Shown here: in pieces, positions 1-11,953 of the stretch
Position numbering within the stretch: position 1 is the stretch's first letter
Layout: every line of letters starts with the position of its first letter
From: Anthoceros angustus
Taxonomy: Eukaryota > Plantae > Anthocerotophyta
Length of the DNA stretch: 64,000 bases
Direction of reading: 5' to 3'
Assembly: GCA_010909165.1 (NCBI GenBank)
Contig: MU008201.1
Span: 186,001-250,000 of the forward strand
Program-made: the position numbers and the translations under genes
Notes under the pieces: model-generated
The model's database searches: none
What the model was told of the DNA's origin: nothing
The model's input: only the letters and a program-made list of their open reading frames with translations

Positions 1-955
1 ATGTAGAAAGAAAAGAGATGGAAAAAACACTATCTACACAAAGGGGTCAACCCAACAAAGGGCACCATGCCAAGGGGGACTAACTCCCGCGATAGCTTTT
101 CTCAAAAATCTACTACTGCCCTAAGAATCTCATGATCGGGGATAAGAAAGGGCCTACCTACCACAGGCGCCGAAGAAGCCGTCTCCCCTGCGCTAGTCGC
201 CATCCTATATACCGTGTTCGCCAACGCCTTATAGACAAATACGAACATCAACAGGTGCCGGGCCAAGTTGTGGGGGCGAGGGTCCGTGATAAAGATTTGT
301 TGATAAAGAACATCAACAGGTGCCGGGCCAAGTTGTGGGGGCGAGGGTCCGTGATAAAGATTTGTTGATAAAGAACATCAACAGGTGCCGGGCCAAGTTG
401 TGGGGGCGAGGGTCGGTGATAAAGATTTGTTGATAAAGAAACAAATACGGACACCCGTTGCCTGAAGAAAGACACAATACAAGAAAGAGGAGACCAACCC
501 CATTCCTGCGATCGTGGTAAGCCTTAGCACAGGCCTTGAGGAACTTCGAGAAGTCCCGACCTATGGCCCTGTGAGTCTCGATGGCGAGGGGGATAAAAGT
601 GTGGCCGTTATGCATAGGAGAGTACTTGTGGACCTTGGCTGTCATGCAGCCTTCCACCGCCCAACTCGGGGGGTTGAGAATAACATGCTCATAGACACCG
701 TTACGGGTGGGGTCCGTTACAACTGCAATGGTGTGTCTCTTAAGGCTAACCTTTTCTTGACCCGGGAACCAGGTTTATGTGGCTGGCAAAAAAATCGCCC
801 TCCTTGGCCACCAAGAACATGACGTCCCGGATGGCGTCATGCGTAGCATTGCGCTGCTCATACAGTGGGCCAGATGGGCCCAGGGTCATCGAGGGAAGCC
901 CCACAGTTGCAAGTAGAGAGAGAATAGGCATGGGTGATTTTATTGAGGTGAAAAA
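1..955 (-). mobile_element. 5'-truncated CRE-like non-LTR retrotransposon fragment (CCHC knuckle, RLE endonuclease, C-terminus)
   Basis: Minus-strand frames read CNCGASLDDPG.HLAHC..EQRNATHDAIRDVMFLVAKEG (zinc knuckle), AKVHKY..HTFIPLAIETHRAIG and FRQRVSVF..ALANTVYRMA..DHEILRAVVDF* (stop near 101). These match the C-terminal layout of RLE-type non-LTR ORFs; the frame is broken. Confidence 0.75.
243..437. repeat. 3 x 65-bp tandem repeat flanked by a 9-bp direct repeat (ACAAATACG at 235-243 and 441-449)
   Basis: Unit GAACATCAACAGGTGCCGGGCC...TTGATAAA starts at 243, 308 and 373, with one mismatch in copy 3. Confidence 0.95.
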
Positions 956-2332
956 ACGATGGGAAAAGCCCATCTAGGAGGGGACAACCAAAGGAGACCA
1001 GGGGTCGAGGTGAAGAGGAGCAAATAAGCTCCCTACCTAAAGTCACCCATCGCACCCACAATGTCATATGCGTGAAGAATAAACGGCCCGCAAACCACGG
1101 AGGTAGAGGAAGATGCGCCACCCACCGCCGCCGCCTTGTGGAGGATCGCTGAGAGCGCCCGCTGAAGGGCAATTGAAACCCGCTGTCGGAAGTATGCCGT
1201 GAAGTACGAGAGGGACAGCCCCGCACCGTGGTTCACGCAGCATGGTAAGCCGGCACAAGTGACTTGACAAATTTGTCAAAGTCCTCACCATTGCCCCATA
1301 CGCTTCTAGTGCAAGCGAATAAAGAGGTGGCCCGCTTGCATCCTCGCTATATTTGCGACCTTGAGAGCCGCCCAGCAGCCAACCCGGACTGCTAGTGATG
1401 ACCGAGCGAGATGGTGTCCGTGTAGGATCGTAACCACCACATCCGCCATCAAACCTCGTCGCCACGGACAAGGCATCACCGATTGAACGATTGACGGAGA
1501 GTATACATCCGCCTCCTCCATGCCATGTAGCCGCCGCGGCGATGGCGAACATGACATCGCTGGATGGCGCCGTGAGTGGCAATGCGATGACCGGGGACAA
1601 CGAGCAAGGTGTACCCTGTAATCATCGAGGCGAGCCGCACTCGCAAGTAAGGAGCGAAGAAGCCACGGAAGCGAGCCAAGACAGTAATCGCATCGCAGAG
1701 TGAAGGTGGTTGCGCGATGTGAAACCCCGTATGCATGGGCGGCCACAGCCAAGCACCGCGCCTTCCTGCAACAAGAGCGAGCCGCCGCCTTGTGGACCCG
1801 GGATGGAGGGGTCCCGGAGGGCGATCGAAAGCCCGCCGAGCCGCTCGAAAGTAGATGCTCGCAACCCCTCGAAACCATCGAATAAATGTCGAGAAAGGAG
1901 GGAAGTCCTTCCGAGCATCCACCGATAACATGTCCCTAGCTTGCCTCAAGGACGCTTGAGAGAAGGTTCCCTCCTCCACACTGACACGAGATCCTCCGTA
2001 AAGGGCCTGCCATGGAGGATGAACCGAGAAGCCAAAGCAAGGTAGAGGGCCCAACCGCCTGTGAAAGCCGGAAGAGACCTCACGAGAGCACCAGGCTCCA
2101 AATTGCATAGGACGCTTGCTGGGCCGACGCCCATAGGGCACTCAAAAGCCCCTGAGCCCAGGATGTCCCCGAGAGTATCCATAATCTTCCTATCAAACCG
2201 CCGCAGCCGGGACAAAAGTGTCGGGGACGGAGGCAGCGTACGGATGAGGTAACCAGGGCGCCTAGCAAAACAGGAGGAAAGAATTCCAAAGGCCACCTGT
2301 GCATCCTCCAGCAAAGGGAGGTCCTCGACATG
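956..2332 (-). mobile_element. CRE-like non-LTR retrotransposon, 3' half (post-RT region, Zn knuckle, RLE)
   Basis: HVEDLPLLEDAQVAFGILSSCFARRPGYLIRTLPP, HLARC..HRIATHGAI.DVMFAIAA and YFRQRVSIALQRALS (ORF 1033-1236); AATAAA at the 3' end near 950-960. Confidence 0.8.
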
Positions 2333-2347
2333 CCCTACTAGAAAAGG
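2333..2347 (+). other. Candidate CACTA terminal inverted repeat (CCCTACTAGAAAAGG, one mismatch to CACTACTAGAAAA)
   Basis: It lies exactly where CRE coding sequence stops, is followed by degenerate subterminal-like repeats, and CACTA transposase occurs downstream. No matching right TIR beyond ...TAGTG at 42502-42506. Confidence 0.4.
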
Positions 2348-2354
2348 CAGCCTA

Positions 2355-2822
2355 TGTTACAGTCCTTATTGCAATTTCATGTTACACTTCCAAATTGCAA
2401 CATGCTTTTTAGGCTTGGTATTAAGATTGACACTATTTTCTTCTCATGCCGTCACCATCTTAACATGGACATGGCTCTCTCTCATCACCTCGTCCTCCTA
2501 AGTACAACATCCTCTCGCTAGCATTGTTTATGATTTCAAACATATACAATGAAAACTTGCTTATGTTATAGTCCTTTGTTACAATTTCATGTAACACTTT
2601 CCATGTGGAACACCCAAAAGTTAGGTGGCTTGGTGTTAAGTTTGTGATTCTCCTCCACCTTCTCTCACCATCTTAACAACATGCAAGTGGTCTCTGACCT
2701 TACACCTCGCCATTAAGAGCTTATCATGAAGTTTGTTGGTTTGGTGTTAAGTTTGTGATTCTTCCACTTTCTCTTACCATCTTAACAACATGCTCTGGTC
2801 TCTCCTTTCACATCACACTCTA
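2355..2822. repeat. About 2.5 degenerate copies of a ~200-bp AT-rich unit (possible CACTA subterminal repeats)
   Basis: Recurring TGTTA(C/T)AGTCCTT..CAATTTCATGT, CTTGGT(G/A)TTAAG and TCACCATCTTAACA blocks at ~2355, ~2565 and ~2740. Confidence 0.6.
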
Positions 2823-3153
2823 GTTAATGCTCGATGACACCCATTTCTTTATTGTTTCCCTCTTGTGTTGCAATATGTTGTGACAATGAGCTCCCTCTCC
2901 CACCGATTTTATTCTTCCTCTTGCTTCATATATGCATGTCATTCTCTTTCCATCTTACCTCCTTTGCATAGCCATGCATGGTTAATGTACCTTCCCTTCA
3001 ATGCACCCTATGTCCACACTGGTTTTTTTTCAAGCCCCATATACACAGAAACCCTTGCTATAACCTAACCATGTATAGTAGGATTCTACATTATTTATAT
3101 GTCCATCTATATACGGTTGTGCAATTTGTTGTGTAATCCTATATATGTGACTA

Positions 3154-3177
3154 ATATATATATATATATATATATAT
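3154..3177. repeat. (TA)n microsatellite
   Basis: Directly visible. Confidence 0.95.
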
Positions 3178-5989
3178 GAATACATACTTTATGTATAGGT
3201 ACAAATTCAGATATCTAACCATGGCATAGTTATAAGTATACACCTCATACATTAATTTGTACCTCATCACATTTACCACCAAATGCGACATGCGATTACG
3301 CTTTCTTCAAACGCCCCATTTGTGCGTTTTCCCAATCTAGACTTCCCAATCCGGACTTTCGCTACGAACATGTGCGGCTTGCAAGACATATGCCATAGTT
3401 TTCGGGTTCATTCCACAAGCTAAAACATCGAAGGACAATGTAAACGCTACGTAAATATGGAATGCCGCTGTGTGGCCAGCATGAGGCCGATCTCCCTTCC
3501 TCTGCTCGGATCGACCATCGCCCGTCCTCGACCTAGCCAATCAAGCGCGTTGTTGTCGACACAAGCACTCCACCTCCACCAACCACGGTACTGCGATGGC
3601 GGTTTTGGATGCCCTTGATGCGCCGCGCGTGTTCATTTGCCGCTTGCTCCAAGCTCGCACAGGAAGGTAGGAACTGCATCAATATCTACCGTCACAAGAC
3701 AAATCAATCCAGCTTATTGCCGACATGGACTTGCACATACCACAGGGCGGCAACCTGCTCGACGTCATCCGAGTCCGACTCTCCTCTGATCATGCCGCTG
3801 TTTGCGACCCTTTGGCCTAGCACTCGCCTGCTTTCTCCCGCTCATGTCGACCCTTTGCGGCCGAGCCACTAACCTCCACGCTGTGCCTTGCACTCGGCCC
3901 CATAGGCTGCATAACCACCGTGCACTAGTTACGTTAGGCAAAATGATCGTGATTCAATTCATCCGCCGCCATTGCCACCAAACTCACACTTTTGGAGAGA
4001 TCTTGTGATTCTTCTTGTGGGTGGCAACACTCACACCTCCACCTTCCACACCATCCCCACCGCCTCCGACATCACTTGAGTGTGATGCCCTCCTCCCACC
4101 TTCCCTTCCCTTCCCCTCGGGACATGCTATGGTTCCTTCCATCTTTTCGTGCCCTTCACCGCACATTATTTTCCTTCTCCTTCTCGACCGCAGCCATGCA
4201 CACATCGCCATCGCTCACGCCTTCATGTCCTACATGCGCACTTTTTGACCACGCCTAGCTATTCAACCAAGGCCCCGATCTATCGCCATACCACTCCAAG
4301 AGTCCCGCATGCTCCAATCCATGTTTCGCAGCCCATTTCAACTCTCTCACGCCCCTCCCCACCGCTGAACATACCTTCTCTCGAACTCTTTTGCTCCCAT
4401 GGGACCAAATGGATTGGTCCCATGCTCGTGCTTTGCAAGTCGAGTGAAGTTGGCCGCTTGTTGTGGGTTGGCCACACACCACCGTGCTTGTGCAACGTCA
4501 CCACCGCTTGCTCCATGCCGCCTCCATGCCTCTGCCGACGTCGAGGGTGGAGCCATTTCGCATCTTTCCCTTCTCCTCCAAATAAGCGCTGTCGCACCTT
4601 CTTGCCAACGCTGGTTTCTTGTCCATGAAGCCCCCGCAAACCCGGGCCACGATATCCTCGCGATACACTAGGAAACTCATACTCCACCTTCCTCACCAAT
4701 CATCCCTCAAAGTCTCGCCGTGGCTCGACCATGGTACCATCAATCGCATCTTCGCACACACTAGCTCCAACACGCGCTGGAAGGCCTTCCGGACCAGTCC
4801 CTCCTCGTGGGCTCTTCCTCCTCATCTTCATTCTCCACCCACCCTCCATCACACAGGCTCACACCATGTAAACCCCCACGACCATGCACTGCACAACACG
4901 GCAATAATGTCGCCAAGTGGCTTACCGCCAACTTTTCGTGAGCTCCCCTATCTCTCCGTCAATGTTGTCGGGAGGTCCTCCTCCACCTCTTCTTCAGCCA
5001 TTTCCACTCCCACGCCTCCCTCCGCTTTCACCATCCTCGTGCCGTGGTGTCCTCGTCCAGTGCCTCTCGACCCGAGCAGTGTTCGTGGCCTCCTCCTCTT
5101 CCTTAGCCTCCTGAGTAATATCAACTCCAAAGGCCGCACTTTGCTGCCCTTCGAGACCCTCCGCCTCCTACGGAGGTCCCCATGGTCAAACAAAAGCTCT
5201 TCTAGAGAGCCCGATTCTCCATCCTCCATCCATCGCGGCCCCTGAACACCACCATCATCCTCCACAAGCCCACCGCGGTCGCTCACGCACCTCGTCCAAT
5301 TTCGTCCCTCCTGTGGAGGGCCCTTTCATACTCCGCTCTGCCTGTGTCGCCCCTCGCACCCACAAGCTCCACCGCGCCCACATATTGGAGACAAATGGAA
5401 TGAGGAGGATTTGTTGCCGCCTCCTCCTCCTCATCACCAACACCTTCCACCTGTCCGTGCTCCTCCCTCCCCACGAGGCCTCCATGCCTCCATCCGGCTC
5501 CACGGAAGGACCCTCCCGCATCCACTCCCGCCTCGACTCCAGAGGCGCACATCGCACAGCGCCTCCCGGTTTGGCCCCGTCGCCGAGGCTGAGCAATTCC
5601 ACACTAGCATGCCAAAGCGCCGCCATCCTCCTCGCCATTTTCCAAACCTCACCGCCCATCGATCGGCGCAAACAATGATGCCGCCTCCTCCGCTTCTTCC
5701 ACAATCACTTTCTCGCATCGCATCCAAGTCACGGCAATGGGAGGGGTTGAAGGCTTAATCGAACCGCCTCACCAAATCTTCAAGTCCACGTCCCAAACCA
5801 TAGAACCACGCCAACCGCAACGGATAGCCCTAACCGCGACAAGACAAAGCGCAAGCCAAGGACGATGCGCCGAAAAGTAAACCTATGGGGAGGGGAGAGG
5901 AGGAGGGGAGGGGGCGAAGTGAAATGGCATGCCACTGCACCGCTTGCCATGCCATGTTTCCGCTGCCGTCCGTTACTCCCGATTGCCTA

Positions 5990-7200
5990 TTTGTTCAAAT
6001 ATGGCATGCTTGGCATATATAGCGCTTTTCACACGTGTTCGTGACCCAAGGACGATTTTGACTGGTTTCAATTGGACGACCATGGGCCACAGATGCTATG
6101 ACCGCATAATGAAATGCATCGCCCCAAACAACAATCCATAACCCAAGGACAATTTGAATGGTAGAAAACAATGCTGATTTACCTTCTACATATGTTGCGA
6201 GACCTAAGGTTGAACACCTACCTCAGACATTGCATGCCTCGGCCCTTTAGTTGTTTCTCCCGCTTCTTCAAGTTCTAATATGGCATGTCACCATTGCCCA
6301 CATATAGGAGGCCGATTTCCTAGTGTTTCGTGACCCAAGGACGATTTCTGTACATGCAATTGAATGACCATGGGTCATGCACGTTGTCTGTTCTTTCTAA
6401 TGACATGGCCCGCCTTCGACATGCCATGTCACAAGGACAGATGGTAGGCTTGGATCCGCTGGTTTTTTCTTCTATATCGGTTGTGCGAGTCCTTCTTGTT
6501 GCCACCGCCTCCAGACATAGCCATGCCGTCCTTTGCGCGCCCGCTTCCCTTGGTACTCCCCCTCCTATTCATGTGCTGGTATGGCATGTCACCGTGATCC
6601 ACATATATAGGGGCGGTTATACCTAATGTTTCGTGACCCAAGGACGGTTTTTGTGAATGTAATTGGATGACCATGGGCCAAGGATGTTTCGAATGCCTAG
6701 GACAGTCATCAGCCACAAGCAACATGCCATGACACAAGGACAAAATTGAATGCCATTAACTGTTGTTTTTTAGGGCCCTTCCATATATGTTGTGGGTGTC
6801 CTCATGTTTGCCACCTACCTCCAGTCATTGCCACGACGTCCTTACGGCGCGCATCTCCATGATTTCTCATACTTATGTATTTGTTCAGATGTGGCATGTT
6901 ACCATGCTTCACATTTATAGGGGGCGGTTTTCACAAGTGTTTCGAGGCTCAAGGACGTTTTTTGGTAACTGCGATGAGAATTACCTTGGGCCAAGGATGT
7001 GGTCTCGCCATTCCAACATAGTACCGCAAACAACATGCCATGACACAAGGACAATTGGAAGGTTTGGAACCGTGTTTTTTCGCTATATATGTTCATGAGT
7101 CATGGTGTGTGTCACCGCCTCCAGCCCTTGCCATGGCATCATCGCTAAACTTCCACCGTGTTCATCCAAGACGCTTCTAAGTTTGGCCATCACGTGTTTC
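5990..7200. repeat. 4 degenerate tandem copies of a ~290-310-bp unit
   Basis: TGTT(T)CGTGACCCAAGGACG..T at ~6037, ~6324, ~6627 and ~6938 (diverged); ACATGCCATG(A/T)CACAAGGACA at ~6418, ~6722 and ~7032. Confidence 0.85.
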
Positions 7201-10039
7201 TATGTGCATTCCTTCGTGTCCCACCCACGTGGTTGCACTTGAATGGCATGTCCGGATGCATCGCATATGTGCTCGGACATTGTTTAATACATGCTGGCCC
7301 CAACGTTGTTTAATACTACTTGTCGAACGTCCCGTGGTGACGGGGAGGGGAGGAGGGGAGGAGTGGGATGAATCCACAGGCCTACCCGCCTCCATCTTTC
7401 CCTCATTTCCCGTTCGGAAGGACATTACACAATGGCAATGAGCATGGTCCTTTCATCTACTATGAACCTTGGAAGGCCATAATCCGCTTTTAATAATGCA
7501 TGACTCAAGGGCAATGGAAATGTATTTCCTACCCAGAGACTTCAATCTGCCTTCATCAAAAGGAACTAATGTCCCCAACTCGCGAATTGCCAATAAGTGA
7601 TGGTGATTTGTATGGCGTGCCATGGCCCGTGATGTAAGGAAGACCGTGATAATCATTTCCTCGCCACACCGAGATGCAAGAGATGGTGAACCACCAGACA
7701 CATGTTGGCCTCGCCGCCATGCTCGGTCGTCGGCAGAACATAATGTCGGTCGAGCATCGGCCAGTCACGCCATCATCCGGGAGTCAAGGCGGTGGAGGAA
7801 ACAAGTCTCGTGATTCGAAATGAAATGATGATGACCGCATGGCTCGACAAGTCGGACGTATGTTGACGCTTGTATCCTTCGAGGCACGCGCTTTGGCATT
7901 GTAATCCCGCCCTGCGCGCACCGACCGCCACTCATTGCAATTGTGGTCATCATGGAAATCGAGTGGAAAGCCCGCCATGCGGTTTTCACTTTATTTGAAC
8001 GGTCGACAATAAAGATTCCTTCGACCTCCATTCGCCGCGCACAAGTGGATGTCTCGCGGACCTCTCGAAATCCTTTTAAATGACCTTGCTAGCCACACTC
8101 TTCATGGTAGCACAGTAGTCCTTCCAGATGCGGGCGCAAATGTGGAATAGGCGAGGACGCACCACTCCCTACCCTTGCCCTCCTCCTTGTTTCCTCCGAA
8201 TTGCCATGGTCGCAAGCATGGACGTGGAAGCCACCTTGGTGCAGAGTGGAAGGAGAACCCAACGCGTTTGATGTTCTCTCCTGCACACCCGCCTGCCGAT
8301 GGCCATCAAGGACCCCCCGCACGAGGGGCGTGAACTCGCCCTTCTCGGTGTGGACGTGTCATCCGTGTCATGCACTGGACCCGCGGTTGCAATGCGAAGT
8401 CTATGCATGGTCACGGATGCCGATGGTATCAATTCCGGGTGGGATGGAGGGTTTGCGGATCGCGATCGAACCCTCGCTTCACAAGCCGTGACTGTATCCT
8501 CTTCACCTCGTATGTGTTTGGATTCCGCTATGGATGGTCAAGCATTCCTCACCTCCCATATTGCGAGACCGCGGTTGCGCGGGTGTATACGAACTGCCGA
8601 ATCGACGATGGCCATCAAGGAAGAGGGCCAGCCTCGCTCGGCGATGGCCATCGGCCGATGGACGGAGGTTGCTCTCCGACGCCATCAAGGACTGGTAGGT
8701 ATGGCCGCCCCGGCTTTTGCCGCCTCTTGGGCACGACACTTTCGTTTGACGACGATATACCTACAACCGGGTGTACGCTCACCATTCTTAAAGCGGCAAT
8801 GCAAATGTGCTTGCTCACTTTGTACCACATGTTCTCATCACGTCAATAAAGTCGATGACTGTCATGTGTGCTTCATGGAATGGATGGATACGGCTTGGTG
8901 CCCATCAATACCGGAGCAAACATGACATGTCACCGCCCACGCCACTCGTGTTTGACGTGTCCAAATAGCAGCGTGCCGATGGTTGCCTGATTCACAAACT
9001 TTGGGATCCTTTTGCGCGGTGTTCCTCCGGACACGCAGCCCTCACTCGACAATTGTCCGCCTGCAAATGTCATGGAGCCAAGAGGGCATGAAGGCGGTGA
9101 CTTTCGCAAGCCTCGAAAGTCAAAGCGAAAGGGAGGCGAGGGGAAGGAAGGCAATGACAGACACCCTTCACGGACCGATGCAAAAGGTAAGAGGAAGGCG
9201 GTGGAGGAATCACTTGGTGCGACGCGACGGCGGATCCAGCTGCGCGCGCACTGCAGCAGCCCGTGGGAAGAAGAGGCCAACAACCCCGAGCTACGCTCAT
9301 GCAGGCCATCCGGAGGAGGATTCCGCAGAAGTTTGAGTCGATTGTTCGGATAGAACACACCGCTGGGCTTCACATGAAGCGCGGCCACTATGGTCAAGCC
9401 ACACCCACGTGCATGGGCTTGGGATGCGGCGAGACGACTTGGAACACCTGGCCACCGGGTGCACCGCCTTTCACCGCAATGGCGCACGCAACATGGGAGT
9501 TGTACAGAGACTTTGAGAGCATGAGCTCTACACTATCCCTTTCTATGGACAAGTGCAAATCAAGGAGGTGGACTACACCAAGGCGCGCAGCGCGTCCGAC
9601 AATCTTAGATTGCCTTTCAATTCAAGCGCCACGCCAATTGCCATTGTCAATCTTTGAAGAAGTTGACCGGTTTGTTTAGCTCACAACACGCATTCACAAT
9701 TGCAACGACGCAAGGCCTCACGCCACCGCTGCGCCAACCGCCGCTGCACATGTCCTCCCTTTCAATAGCCACACCTATCCGACCGCCCACGCGAGGAGAG
9801 TTTGTGTAGGCCGCACATCACACCACATCCACGGCCGCTCTCACCGCCGGATGAACTTTTGCCTGCGAATCGAACGACTTCTCTGCATCGAACGCCGACT
9901 CATCGTCTCTAATGGAGGACTGAGTCTCGGAGGTTACGCCCTCCGCCATGATGCCTCATACATGTAGGCTTTCGTTCGTGCGAATGGGTGATGAAATAAC
10001 GGTGGAGATGCGTGTGGCGCACGCCTCCCCTCGGCCGGG

Positions 10040-11953
10040 TCGCCTGACCCTACTTCCGCCGCGACTGAGGGCAACGATGCCACGATTTGCAAATGAGGTT
10101 TACATGTATTGTCCATGCCGTCGGTGTGGAGACCTCTTCAGCGGATTCCAGACACATCTCAAGGTCGACTGCTTATGGCAGCACATGCACGGGCGGCCGT
10201 AAGGTCTGCCTTCCGCACAACATTCCACTTCCATATTTGCACTAATGTCCGGATTTTTGCACTGGCGGCAAGTTCGGTCATGGACGATGGCGGTGGCCTT
10301 GAGGCGTTCCGCACGGACGGGAATCGAGCTCCGGTGGAGTCCGAAAGGGAGGCGATGGCAATGGGGACCGACCATAGTAGCAAATGCCAAAGATAGAGGA
10401 CGGAACGGGTTGTGAAGACGAACCCATGCACTCGGGACGACTTGCTAGAAGCAACGGATCATGCACTCGGAGGAATCAAGAGAACCGCTGTTTGGGTCAG
10501 GCGAGACGCCTTTATACCACTTTGAGGAAGGACTAAAAGCGAAAGAGAGGCTAAGCGCCACTCTATTGTTGCTCTCGTGGCAAACCATGTATGACATCGA
10601 CGTGACAGCCCCCTCTTAAAGCTCTTAAGTGTGGATTTTTGCCCGAACGAGCATCAAGGACATGTACGAGGCCAAGTCACTGTTGCACCTATTTGGCCCC
10701 AGATATGAGAAAATCCATGTTTGTGAGAAAGACTGCGTTCTGTTCAGGGGCGAGTACGGGGACTGCAACCATTGCCCAAAGTGTGGGACGCCGCGGTTCA
10801 GAGACGGGTTTGATGAACGGGCCGGGATTCCTCGGAAAGTCCTCTGGCATTTTCCCTTGAAACCACATCAAACGCATGTTTCAATGGCGGAAATAGCTGC
10901 TTGATGACTTGGTATGTCGGGAGGCAAAGCGAGAATGGGGACATGTCCATGATGGCGACACCCGCATGGAGGGCACTAGATGCGCTTGATGGTTTCGATG
11001 ATGAACCGAGGAACTTGAGGTTAGCATTATCCATGTATCGTTCAACCTGCTTATGTGTCCGCAAACACGTCCATATGGCCGGTTTTGGTATTTGTGCACA
11101 ACATGCCACCGGGCCAAAGACAAAGGACGCACATGTCATCATGCCTCCGATTGTGCGACCGGGATGGTTAAAAATTTCGATGTACATGGCACCGGTAGAT
11201 GAACTCAAGAGTTATGGAGGGGTGGACATGGAAGATTTCTCAATGCCGATAAACCATCCTAAGAGGCATTTTTATGGGGTTCGCACATCATTGCCGACAC
11301 CGGGTTGGGGACCCCACGGATTGCAAGTGAGAGGGACGCAGCGTGTCGATTGGTCATCGGACCTTGATTCTCGCTATTCCAGATTTGAAAAGCCCGCTTA
11401 TGTCGGATCGCGCTGGCTACCCCAATGACAAGGGACGGTGGGAGGATGCGGATTGGTTTGATGGATCGGACCTCCGATCCAAACCGAGGCCGCCAACGCT
11501 CGATGATATTGTGACGGATATGGCACGCAGAGAAGCCGCGACACCGCAGACGCCCGCCGGGCAACTTTGGAACTAGGCGAATGTCGCCCTTGTTCGTAGT
11601 CTCGCCATATTGGCCACATGCTTGTGTGGCGCCAAAGGATGTGATGCACGTGGAAAAACAATGCAGAGGCCATATGGCACACGCCGACGGAGAGCGAGAT
11701 GACATCGCATCGCATGGACATGGAAGCAAGCGGAGGAAAAGATGGTTGTGGCCTCAGAGGTGACGATGGCCAATACCCGCAAGCGCCAGTGACGCCGGTC
11801 CAAATCGACTTGAAGACCGTGATTGAGGGCATTAAACGATCTGCCCACAAAGCATGGGTCCAATATAGCAATAAGGTGGAAAGCGGAAAGTTATAAAAGT
11901 GCCATGATCGCACATTATGTTGGAAATCATATTCCCCATCGCTCTCCGGGTGT
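10040..11953 (+). pseudogene. CACTA/En-Spm transposase (TnpD-like), N-terminal part, frameshifted, interrupted by Gypsy LTR
   Basis: YMYCPCRRC (transposase-associated domain), MYEAKSLL..YEKIHVCEKDCVLFRGEYGDCNHCPKCGTPRF..IPRKVLWHFPL, PAWRALDA..FDDEPRNLRL, DVMHVEK; characteristic of Transposase_21. Confidence 0.9.

Noticed and set aside
243-437. CRISPR-like array
   Set aside because: Units are contiguous with no unique spacers, the context is eukaryotic and no cas genes are present.
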